DNA of 20,000 nt from the IMG/VR virus record IMGVR_UViG_3300034374_006354. One strand, 5' to 3'. The position numbers were made by a program, and so were the translations under genes. Below are positions 1-7,925 of the stretch, in pieces. The number at the start of each line of letters is the position of its first letter. Within the stretch, counting starts at the first letter, position 1. This stretch comes from an uncultured virus (IMG/VR IMGVR_UViG_3300034374_006354) (taxonomy: Duplodnaviria > Heunggongvirae > Uroviricota > Caudoviricetes). The notes below the pieces were generated by a model. It saw nothing but the letters and a program-made list of their open reading frames with translations. It was not told the origin of the DNA and searched no databases.

Positions 1-145
1 ATGGAAGATATTCTACTTTTACAAATTCGGTATCTGTACTTGGGATTTGATAATTTACAGGGTAAGCAGAGATGTTTAAAGATGTCCACGTTGAACTGGC
101 GAACAGAGCCTCAATGTCTCTTTGTGAATCTACATATTTAGCCAT
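1..145 (-). CDS. Probable tail terminator / tail completion protein, 5' part only (runs off the window)
   Basis: Not in the ORF track. ATG at 145 abuts the TAA of the upstream gene and has a GGAGG RBS; the frame MAKYVDSQRDIEALFASSTWTSLNISAYPVNYQIPSTDTEFVKVEYLP is open to the window edge. Function inferred from position after the head-tail joining genes. Confidence 0.55.
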   Translation of the reverse strand, partial: MAKYVDSQRDIEALFASSTWTSLNISAYPVNYQIPSTDTEFVKVEYLP

Positions 146-493
146 TTAACCCTCCGTTACTTGCATTACAATTAATCCAGGTTCCAGCTTGTAAGACAAG
201 ATAGAATAATCCTGAGAACTAATAGTAATAGTATCATAAAGTTTAGGGTCAGGCAAGTCAGATTCTTTTATATAAACTTCCTTAATCGGTGTGTTCTTAG
301 ATTCAGTGTTATTCTCTTCCTGAGCAATAACAATAGCGGTGACAAACGTCTCCGTTTCTGTAGCAGTAGCCACACCTGTTGAAAAATTATATGATCTACC
401 AGATTGGGTTTTAAGAGTAACCGTTTCTGCTAAATCTCCTACTCCTTTAAAAGCGAGATTGACAGCTGTAGTAATCTTTGATCTTATAGACAT
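146..493 (-). CDS. Head-closure / head-tail joining protein
   Basis: 115 aa, beta-rich pattern (YNFSTG...VYIKESDL...PKLYDTITI..DYSILS) and position after the adaptor in the head module. Confidence 0.6.
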   Translation of the reverse strand: MSIRSKITTAVNLAFKGVGDLAETVTLKTQSGRSYNFSTGVATATETETFVTAIVIAQEENNTESKNTPIKEVYIKESDLPDPKLYDTITISSQDYSILSYKLEPGLIVMQVTEG

Positions 494-496
494 AAA

Positions 497-1018
497 TTAC
501 CACCCGCTTCGCCAATATCTACCGCTTCCTCTGAGAATAGGTTTTAAGAATCTACGAATGCTACTAGGAAACAGTGATGCGTTCTGCACCTCTGTAATCT
601 CAATAGATCCCACCTTGATGTTTTCAAACGATCCAGTACGATCCCATAATCCGTCATTATTGATTAAATGATATGCCAATTCATAGGTTGCCCTACGAAT
701 TAATTGGATATCTCTATTAAGACTAGATTCTGTTTCATCGTTATCCGCAGTAAAAGTATAAGTAGAGCTGAATTCATCTTGGACCCCCCGGCTGGTATCT
801 CTGAAAGATCCAGCGCGAGGGAATGCGAGTAATTGGGAGGTATCAGCTACCTTTCCCAAATAATCCATTTCATCCAAGTAAGAAGTAGCAGTAATAAGAG
901 CCTGCTCCTTCAAATCACAATCAGCGTTATCCCATGCTGCAACGTCCATGCGATCATCGAAGTAACTGTCAGCCTCGTTCAAGGTGACATAACAGTTAGT
1001 ACCCTTTACTAGTGCCAT
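497..1018 (-). CDS. Head-tail adaptor (family often annotated DnaT-like ssDNA-binding protein)
   Basis: Family-typical pattern NxYVTLxEADxYF..R..W...KEQALITATxYLD...G.....Q.LAFPR; directly follows the capsid gene; GGAGG RBS. Confidence 0.75.
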   Translation of the reverse strand: MALVKGTNCYVTLNEADSYFDDRMDVAAWDNADCDLKEQALITATSYLDEMDYLGKVADTSQLLAFPRAGSFRDTSRGVQDEFSSTYTFTADNDETESSLNRDIQLIRRATYELAYHLINNDGLWDRTGSFENIKVGSIEITEVQNASLFPSSIRRFLKPILRGSGRYWRSGW

Positions 1019-1040
1019 AGTCAGTTACCTCCTATGATGA

Positions 1041-2228
1041 TTAAATGTGGAAGATAGGCAGAATGCCGAGGTTAAGCAGATCGACTTTACGGTCCCAAGT
1101 AGGCGTAGCTGCAGAGCCAGCCAGCGTAGCGTTAGTTGCAAACGCAGTGCTTGTGCCGGTGAAGCTATAGCCGCGAGGATGCATTACGTAACCCCAACGG
1201 TACCAAGCAGTCGTACGACCAGAACCCATACCAACGTGTTCGTTGCGATCAACAGCAACAGGGTTGGGTACTGATACGTTATGCATGAATACAGAACCAG
1301 GGAGCATCATAAAGGAGCACTTCAGCGTAGTCATCTGAGTTACACCAGACAGACCAGCATAAGTTACCGTACCAAGAGAAACAGCAAAGTTTCGTGATAC
1401 GATCAGTCGAACAACACCACCAAGGATAGTTTCGAAAGAAACGTTACCGTCGACAACACGCTCGTCGTCTACGAGGTTAGCAACCTTGACATCGAGGTAA
1501 TCTTCAGGAGAGATAACCATGTATACGAAGTCAGGAGTATAATCAGACCATGCACCCATTGCGCGAATAATGTGCTCAACGCGACGACCGGGAACAGTCT
1601 GAGTCAGGTCAACCAGACCTTCAATAGAAGAACCAGTACCAACCGTGTCAGAGCTAGATGCTACATAACCGAAAGCCTTAGAGCCATCAGCGTCAACAGA
1701 GTTACCAGCCCATGCTTCTGTATAGTTGGTAGGGGCCAAATCATTAGCAGTCTTGAGTTCGGCGTTCATTACACCATTCAGGACTGAACGGAGAGCTTGG
1801 TCTTCGTCTTCTGAACGAGTCTCAGCGAAGTCACGAGCAATCTTGCCCAGACCGTCTTCACCCGAGATTACAGACTGAACCATGTACTCGTTAGCACCGT
1901 GGGTACGAACCGTCTTAATGTAGGTCTGTACTTCAGTGCTGATGTTCGTGGTCTTACCGTAGTCTTCGTTCTGAGAAGCAACGTTAACAACAGCGTTTGA
2001 GCTACCTGTTACGTCTTCACTAGCACCACCAGTAGCGCCTACAGCGTAGGCACCAAGAGGCTTGTAGAAGCGAACCTGACCGATAAAGTCTTCGCCGTTA
2101 GGATTAATCTGAGCGTCAGAACCTACGAGAGCAGTACCAACGATCTTCTTAGCTCGAGTGTACATTTCATCAGTGTAACCCGAGATTGCTTTATTAAGTG
2201 TGCCAAATGCACTTGAGGAAATTGCCAT
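1041..2228 (-). CDS. Major capsid protein
   Basis: 395 aa directly after the scaffold; C-terminal HPRGYSFTG...WDRKVD..N pattern of siphovirus coat proteins; GGAG RBS. Confidence 0.85.
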   Translation of the reverse strand: MAISSSAFGTLNKAISGYTDEMYTRAKKIVGTALVGSDAQINPNGEDFIGQVRFYKPLGAYAVGATGGASEDVTGSSNAVVNVASQNEDYGKTTNISTEVQTYIKTVRTHGANEYMVQSVISGEDGLGKIARDFAETRSEDEDQALRSVLNGVMNAELKTANDLAPTNYTEAWAGNSVDADGSKAFGYVASSSDTVGTGSSIEGLVDLTQTVPGRRVEHIIRAMGAWSDYTPDFVYMVISPEDYLDVKVANLVDDERVVDGNVSFETILGGVVRLIVSRNFAVSLGTVTYAGLSGVTQMTTLKCSFMMLPGSVFMHNVSVPNPVAVDRNEHVGMGSGRTTAWYRWGYVMHPRGYSFTGTSTAFATNATLAGSAATPTWDRKVDLLNLGILPIFHI

Positions 2229-2259
2229 TATTTAGTCTCCAATCGAGAAAAATTAAATG

Positions 2260-2937
2260 TTACTGCCACTTCCCTGTTCCATCGAATCGACCTGCTGCGG
2301 CTGCAGCCATAATTTCTTCGGTAGACATTTCTTCTAGTGGCTTATTATGATCAAACCCTTGACCGGACTGTGTAATATTCTCTTGTCCAGAGCCAGAGGA
2401 TTGTTTTGGTTTAAATAAGAACTCTTTGTCTTCGTCTTTGCGGAAAGATTCGATGAAATCTTTAACGGAAGCGCCAGTACGGTGAACCCACTGACCTTTC
2501 TCGTCTTGAACAAGTTGAGATACGACATCTTTGTAAGCAAAGTCTGCTGCAGTGTCGTTTCTGAAATCCAAGCCTTTGAGAGCATTCCTCACGACATTAT
2601 CGCGAGTAAGTTCAGTAATCTGCTTGTCTTTCTCTGCGAGTCGTGCAGTCAGTTCTGCCAACTTAAGATCGGCGGCTTCTTTATGTTTACCCTCTTCTTC
2701 GAGTTGTTGAATCTCTCGTTGCTTTCTTTCTTCCTCGTATGCAACAGCCTTTCGGACTGCTTCATCACGGGCTTCATAAGCAGCATCAAGTTTTTCCTTG
2801 ATACCTGAGAGTTCTTCATTAACCCTAGCTTCAACAATCTTCGCTAGCTCTTCACTAGACGGAGTATCATTTTGGCTTTGGGAATTCTCATCATCCCCTT
2901 GAGAGTTTTGGTTTTCATCTAATTCTTTTTGTGACAT
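2260..2937 (-). CDS. Capsid scaffolding protein
   Basis: Acidic coiled-coil protein with a C-terminal FLFKP..SSGSG motif, just upstream of the capsid gene. Start moved to ATG 2937 (MSQKELD), which has an AAGGAG RBS. Confidence 0.8.
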   Translation of the reverse strand: MSQKELDENQNSQGDDENSQSQNDTPSSEELAKIVEARVNEELSGIKEKLDAAYEARDEAVRKAVAYEEERKQREIQQLEEEGKHKEAADLKLAELTARLAEKDKQITELTRDNVVRNALKGLDFRNDTAADFAYKDVVSQLVQDEKGQWVHRTGASVKDFIESFRKDEDKEFLFKPKQSSGSGQENITQSGQGFDHNKPLEEMSTEEIMAAAAAGRFDGTGKWQ

Positions 2938-2948
2938 TTTAAGCTCCT

Positions 2949-2987
2949 TGGGCACGGCCCAGTAATTTCGTTTTAGGTCACAGACCT
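2949..2987 (-). promoter_or_regulatory. Twin triloop hairpins in the scaffold mRNA leader (candidate translational operator)
   Basis: mRNA sense AGGUC-UGU-GACCU (2975-2987) and UGGGC-CGU-GCCCA (2949-2961); the second abuts the AAGGAG SD. Confidence 0.45.
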
Positions 2988-3003
2988 TTAAATATAAAAT
3001 AGG

Positions 3004-6000
3004 TTATGGGCCAATTCCATACCAGTCTTCTCCTTCTAGGATCAATTCCAATATGTCTTCGGCTGTAATACCATCCTTGGGGTTTAAGAGACCCAACTCT
3101 TCTGCTTCCTTAAGAAGTCTTTCATAGGACTCTTTAGAAAGCCCTTGTTTCCTCATTTCCTTGAGGGTACGAAGGAGTGTTTGACCCTCTACCGCATCCG
3201 CATATATTCTACGTAATGCCCATTTAGCATCTGTAGAATCAACGATGTTAGTAAAGAATCCGTCATGAATAGTCGCTGTGTTCACGTTATTCGCTCTACC
3301 CCATAAGTGGAATTTGCGAACAATGGATGCGTCATTCATGTGGTTTCCATTTACTCCTAGACCGCTACGAGCATCAATAATCGATGACCTTCCTAAATAT
3401 TTAGAGTCGGTTATCGCTACCTCGTAGACATTACTCACCCTCCTTCCAGTTACAGGATCGATAAAAGAGATCCTTTCTTGAACTGTAGGACGGTATCGCT
3501 GATACAAGAGTTTACCGTCTACTGTAACCCAAGGTATGTCTACCTTTCCTGATTCAGTAATGTAAACCTCCGCAACTTTTTTCCAATATGAAATAAAGTT
3601 CTCCGTTACCGGAGCAACGTCTTTAAGGTGTTTTGACATAATACGGGCTACCTCTTTAAATTGTTGAGGGCCTACAATGCCACCTTTAACGTTGGTCAGC
3701 TTGGCTACAAAAAGCTCCGAATCAGGGTGAACGTCTCTAGCGTGTGCCAAGAGCTTTTTCCCGATTGGAACATTGTTAGTTATAGAGTAGTTTACTTCTG
3801 TTTTAAGTTCTCTTAGAGACGCCGCCACAGACGACGCATTAGATTTCTCCGCTGCTTTAATCGCATTATCAATGCCTTTATTAAAGTCTCTTAATTCATC
3901 AGCAGTTACTACTACAAAATTTTTCTTAGCAAGAACTTTAGCTAATTTAGCTTCAATAGCCCCTGCTTGTGTTGCTTGTCCAGCACCATAAAAAGCTACC
4001 ATCGATTGACCTTTAGCTGCCTTAGATAAATCACCAAAGTCTAAGTCGTTTCCTAATGGATTTATTTTATGGAAGTCTGGATCAGATAAGGTTCTTTCTG
4101 CTACAATATCATAAAGACGATTCTTTCTTTTTGTTTTTAGAATATTAGAAGCCTGAGCTAACTGCCTATCCCTTGTGCTTAGGGCAATTAACTGAGCTCC
4201 TGAAGCAGAAGCGTCATTTTCGTTTGCTAATTGTGTGAAATAACCTTTTAATTTTCTATTGTCAGTAAAATCACCATCTACATGCTTATAGATACGTGTA
4301 TATTCAAGAGCAAGTCGAGCTAGTTTTGGAACTTCTTCAGGTTCAGTTGCCCTAATAAGAGGATGCTCTAGGAACTCCCGGATCCTACGATCCCTTTGAG
4401 TTTCTGCTAACATCAACTCCCCTATCTCTCTGAGTGCCTTCTCATTTTCTCTAAAGGCTCTTAGTCTTCCCTCATTAGTCAGAGTATTGAAAGGATCTCC
4501 TACGAGTGTTCCTAATTGCAATCGAAGTTCATTAACAGTCTCAGGACGAATTTGTTTAGATACTTTGGTATTTAAGAAGGGTCGTATGAACTCCCCTCCT
4601 GCAGGGTGAAGATACCCTTGGGTATATAATCGTCCTCTACCGTCTATCTGCGCCCAATTCCTCCAAGATTGTTTATTAACGCGATGCCACCTTAAGGACT
4701 GCATCATGCCTGCGCCTGCTTCTCCTCTTTGAAGAACAATCTTTCGAAAACCGTTTAGCTCATCATAGTAGGCAACTCTTCCTCTGGGGTCTCTGAAATA
4801 CATAAGAGATTCAAAGAAAGAGGCAAAATCATCATCAACTTCCCATTCAAAATCCATGGCGTGATTAAGCATTCTAGAGAAATCCCTATCGATCAGGTTT
4901 TGATCATAATTACCAGAGGCTCTTCGTGTTATTACACTAAGCCCTGTTTTACGACCTCTAGAATCAAAGAACGTCTTTGATCCTGCCTTCACAGTAAGCA
5001 TATCCCTTTCTCTTATGATACCAATTCGTCTAGAGTATACTAACTCCTGATATGCCCTCTGCAGTTTGAGCATTTCAGGGTCAATAATCTGGACTTCCCG
5101 GGAGATGGTATCCGCATAAGAGCCTATTCCCGGCCTTCCGGATTCGACATCGATGATGCCTCTACGAGTAACACCTCTCATGCCAATTCTGATTTTGCCT
5201 TGGTCCTTAAGACCATCAAGAATATCTGATCCTACTTTATGATAATTTTTAACTGTTGGTGGTTTAAAGAATATATCGAAGTCGTTAGCCTCCGCTTCAT
5301 AAATCTTCTTACCAATCCTAATAGCTAACAAATCATAGTCTGTAGACTCGCCTGTTGCTATGTCTGCCATTATCTCAGATAATAGCTTAGTACGTTTCTT
5401 TAAGAAATCAGGAGTAAGCTCTCTTTGTATAAAGTCTTCTCTTTTCCTGGCATATATCCATTCAAGATCTAGAATCCTTCTTTTTCTCTCATTACCAGCT
5501 TGTAAAAAGCGAGTTATAAGATCATCTGAAGGTTCCCCATTATATCTCTTTAGAAAAGCCTTCCCAAAAGGTAAACTCTCAATTTCTTTCTTAATTTTCT
5601 TTCTAATAGATTTCTTAGTAGGAATGTAAGCAGGTACTCTTGGGAAATAAAGCCTAAGCGGTGATCTACCTTTAATATATAAATCTCTAGCTAAAGGTAA
5701 TCCATTTTTAACTGCCCACTCATCTACGTATCTCTGATTTGATAATGTCCTGTCCGACAAGTCATCAAAAGAAGTCCATTCTCCTAATATCTGAACTTGA
5801 GCATCTTCTTCTTTATTGCCAAAACGAAATATATTTCCTCGTAATCTAGATCTTCTATCTAGAATTCTAGAAGTGTTCACTACTGAGTTCTTGAGTTCTG
5901 CTTTAAGAACGCTAGAAAGATTTACCCACGGAGTCTTATCTTTTGCGTACCTTTCGAATACAATTCTAAGGTTTTCAGCAACAGCAGTTCTCTGATTGAC

Positions 6001-7455
6001 AGATAATCCTTCATCTTCCAATGAATCTACAAAACCTGTAATCCAAGCTTTCTGTTCTGTCGTTAGTAGTTTAGATCTATTTACAAAGTCTATTCTCTCT
6101 TGGTATACTTCAAAATCAGGACTATAAATCAGTGTTGATTTTTGTTCTCCGGTTAATGGATCAACTCCCACATTCCTTTCATCGAATTGATTATTTGCTC
6201 TCCGTCGAGTAGCACGTTTACCCGCAAGAGATGTACCTCTATAATCCACAACAGCCAAGGCGGAGGAATTATTGTGTGCCTCTGCCCTGTAAAAGACTTT
6301 AAGTTGGTTCTCAACGTCTTTATTACGAATCAAAGTCTGTGGTCTTGAAGCATCCACTCTCAAATTATTAATAGCGGTTGCACTTAAAGCTTTCTGCTTT
6401 ACTGGTGTGAAGTTTGTATTTTTATTATCCAGCCTTCGAAGTGCTTGTAATGAAATAGGTTTCCCACTTGCTGTAGTAAAACTTGTAAGCGGGAGTTGTC
6501 CAGAATCAAAAAGATCTACTTTCTGTATATCTCCTTGAAAATGGCGAACCTTAGTTTCTCTAGGTTGCCTTGTGAGCCATTGTCCATAGGTTTCCCTACT
6601 TGGCCCAATACCATCGAACTTTTTAATATTAGTTTGTTTAATAGCTTTAAGAGCTTTCTTTTTTACGTCAGGGGAAGTACTAGCTAAGAGCTCATCATAA
6701 GACTTAACAACAGGTACTAGTGTGCTACGACACCTCCAGTGTAAAGGAGGAACAAAGCGGAGGTCATCTAGGTCGTAGATTTCCCCATCGTGATGAGCAC
6801 AAATGGCTGATGTACGATTATCCAATACTGCGGTAAAGCGCATGCCCTTAAGAATTGCTCTATTCTCTTGGAATGAAGCTAATTGAGCTGTAGTTTGCGT
6901 CTTAGTTACGGCAGTTCTCACTAATGCGGATGCTTGGGCTTCGGTCAATCTTGTTGTTTTTATAACCGAGCGGACTAGCTGTTTGTTGTCCCACCCTTCC
7001 CGCAAGCCTTTTGTAATAGTGGCTTGAATGCGCTTAAGTTCGTTAGCGCCGAGACCTTGGATACGCCTGCTTAGTGTTCCTTCCCCTCTGACGTTAGCAC
7101 CTACGATTTCCTCAAGTACTTTAGTAGCAGCAGGTCTGCGGATTACCGCCCATTGACCTAAGCTTTTATTGAGGTTATTAGTGCTAAAATCGGTTTCTAC
7201 CAACCCAAAATCTTGCATTTGGGAGGTTACATTTACATCTAATTCTTTAGAGAATCGACTAACCTCCTGTTTGATTTCAGGCATGTGTTGTACCGCAGTA
7301 CCTTTCGTTAAGTCTTTCCCCTCTAATAATTTAGTCAAACGGGTTCTATGTTTACGTATAGTACGTTTCGTATCCGTTTGAACACGATCCTCGTACATAC
7401 GTGTCATAGCAGTATGATCAACTTGACGATCGTAAATATCATCATTGATTGACAT
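3004..7455 (-). CDS. MuF/SPP1-gp7 minor head protein fused to a T7-type single-subunit DNA-directed RNA polymerase
   Basis: N-terminus: AVLDNRTSAICAHHDG...PPLHWRCRSTLVP and TYGQWLTRQP (MuF/gp7). C-terminus: DGRGRLY (T7 DWRGRVY), motif A NDASASGAQLIALSTRD (T7 FDGSCSGIQHFSAMLRD), motif B KGQSMVAFYG (T7 KRSVMTLAYG), WVTVDGKLLYQRY (T7 WVTPDGFPVWQEY), NGNHMNDA (T7 NFVHSQDG), motif C IHDGFFT (T7 IHDSFGT). One uninterrupted ORF between portal and scaffold. Confidence 0.93.
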   Translation of the reverse strand: MSINDDIYDRQVDHTAMTRMYEDRVQTDTKRTIRKHRTRLTKLLEGKDLTKGTAVQHMPEIKQEVSRFSKELDVNVTSQMQDFGLVETDFSTNNLNKSLGQWAVIRRPAATKVLEEIVGANVRGEGTLSRRIQGLGANELKRIQATITKGLREGWDNKQLVRSVIKTTRLTEAQASALVRTAVTKTQTTAQLASFQENRAILKGMRFTAVLDNRTSAICAHHDGEIYDLDDLRFVPPLHWRCRSTLVPVVKSYDELLASTSPDVKKKALKAIKQTNIKKFDGIGPSRETYGQWLTRQPRETKVRHFQGDIQKVDLFDSGQLPLTSFTTASGKPISLQALRRLDNKNTNFTPVKQKALSATAINNLRVDASRPQTLIRNKDVENQLKVFYRAEAHNNSSALAVVDYRGTSLAGKRATRRRANNQFDERNVGVDPLTGEQKSTLIYSPDFEVYQERIDFVNRSKLLTTEQKAWITGFVDSLEDEGLSVNQRTAVAENLRIVFERYAKDKTPWVNLSSVLKAELKNSVVNTSRILDRRSRLRGNIFRFGNKEEDAQVQILGEWTSFDDLSDRTLSNQRYVDEWAVKNGLPLARDLYIKGRSPLRLYFPRVPAYIPTKKSIRKKIKKEIESLPFGKAFLKRYNGEPSDDLITRFLQAGNERKRRILDLEWIYARKREDFIQRELTPDFLKKRTKLLSEIMADIATGESTDYDLLAIRIGKKIYEAEANDFDIFFKPPTVKNYHKVGSDILDGLKDQGKIRIGMRGVTRRGIIDVESGRPGIGSYADTISREVQIIDPEMLKLQRAYQELVYSRRIGIIRERDMLTVKAGSKTFFDSRGRKTGLSVITRRASGNYDQNLIDRDFSRMLNHAMDFEWEVDDDFASFFESLMYFRDPRGRVAYYDELNGFRKIVLQRGEAGAGMMQSLRWHRVNKQSWRNWAQIDGRGRLYTQGYLHPAGGEFIRPFLNTKVSKQIRPETVNELRLQLGTLVGDPFNTLTNEGRLRAFRENEKALREIGELMLAETQRDRRIREFLEHPLIRATEPEEVPKLARLALEYTRIYKHVDGDFTDNRKLKGYFTQLANENDASASGAQLIALSTRDRQLAQASNILKTKRKNRLYDIVAERTLSDPDFHKINPLGNDLDFGDLSKAAKGQSMVAFYGAGQATQAGAIEAKLAKVLAKKNFVVVTADELRDFNKGIDNAIKAAEKSNASSVAASLRELKTEVNYSITNNVPIGKKLLAHARDVHPDSELFVAKLTNVKGGIVGPQQFKEVARIMSKHLKDVAPVTENFISYWKKVAEVYITESGKVDIPWVTVDGKLLYQRYRPTVQERISFIDPVTGRRVSNVYEVAITDSKYLGRSSIIDARSGLGVNGNHMNDASIVRKFHLWGRANNVNTATIHDGFFTNIVDSTDAKWALRRIYADAVEGQTLLRTLKEMRKQGLSKESYERLLKEAEELGLLNPKDGITAEDILELILEGEDWYGIGP

Positions 7456-7480
7456 AAAACCCCCGTTTAACTAGTATAAT

Positions 7481-7660
7481 TTAGAAGTCGGAATCTTTAA
7501 TAACTTTAGCTTCTTCCCTTGAGGAAACCAAAAGTCGTCCATCTTCCAACACTTCCAGGACTTTAAAGCCCTCGTTATTTGTATCGCCAACTTTTACTTT
7601 GGACTTTTTCTTATCAGCTTTGATACTCCATGAAGTATCTTTTTCTTCTTTATCCGCCAT
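7481..7660 (-). CDS. Small hypothetical protein (59 aa)
   Basis: Not in the ORF track. MADKEEKDTSWSIKADKKKSKVKVGDTNNEGFKVLEVLEDGRLLVSSREEAKVIKDSDF; overlaps the end of the upstream gene and fills the gap before the MuF-RNAP gene. Confidence 0.65.
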   Translation of the reverse strand: MADKEEKDTSWSIKADKKKSKVKVGDTNNEGFKVLEVLEDGRLLVSSREEAKVIKDSDF

Positions 7661-7925
7661 GATTAAATTTCCCTTCCATTAACAGGACAGCATCATCTTC
7701 TAGCATAGGCGTTTTTCCTAGAAACTTATTATTCTCTGGGGTAGGCTCTACAATCCATCGAATTTCAGTATCACCATGACTACCCGCAGGCACTTCTCGT
7801 TTCTCTACAATTTTCCACAAACCGTTTTTAGACAGCATGCCTACTTCCAGTTTAGGAACGGATTTAAGCTCAGGCTTTTCTTCTTCCTTCTTAGGACGGC
7901 CCGGGCCTTTCTTTTCTTCACTCAT
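7650..7925 (-). CDS. Small hypothetical protein with AT-hook-like KKGPGRPKK
   Basis: ATG 7925 overlaps the portal stop region (ATGAGTGA) and has a GAGG RBS; basic GRP motif at the N-terminus. Confidence 0.65.
   Translation of the reverse strand: MSEEKKGPGRPKKEEEKPELKSVPKLEVGMLSKNGLWKIVEKREVPAGSHGDTEIRWIVEPTPENNKFLGKTPMLEDDAVLLMEGKFNHGG

Noticed and set aside
2949..2987. Triloop hairpins as N4-type vRNAP hairpin promoters
   Set aside because: Template-strand loops (ACA, ACG) are not the GNA-type loops of N4 promoters, and the polymerase has a better T7-like duplex promoter candidate.
3004..7455. Reading the large ORF as a family A DNA polymerase, MuF-toxin or intein-containing protein
   Set aside because: DxRGR, DxSxSGxQ, WVTxDG and NxxHxxD motifs are RNAP-specific; no exonuclease, toxin/immunity pair or intein splice motifs are seen.
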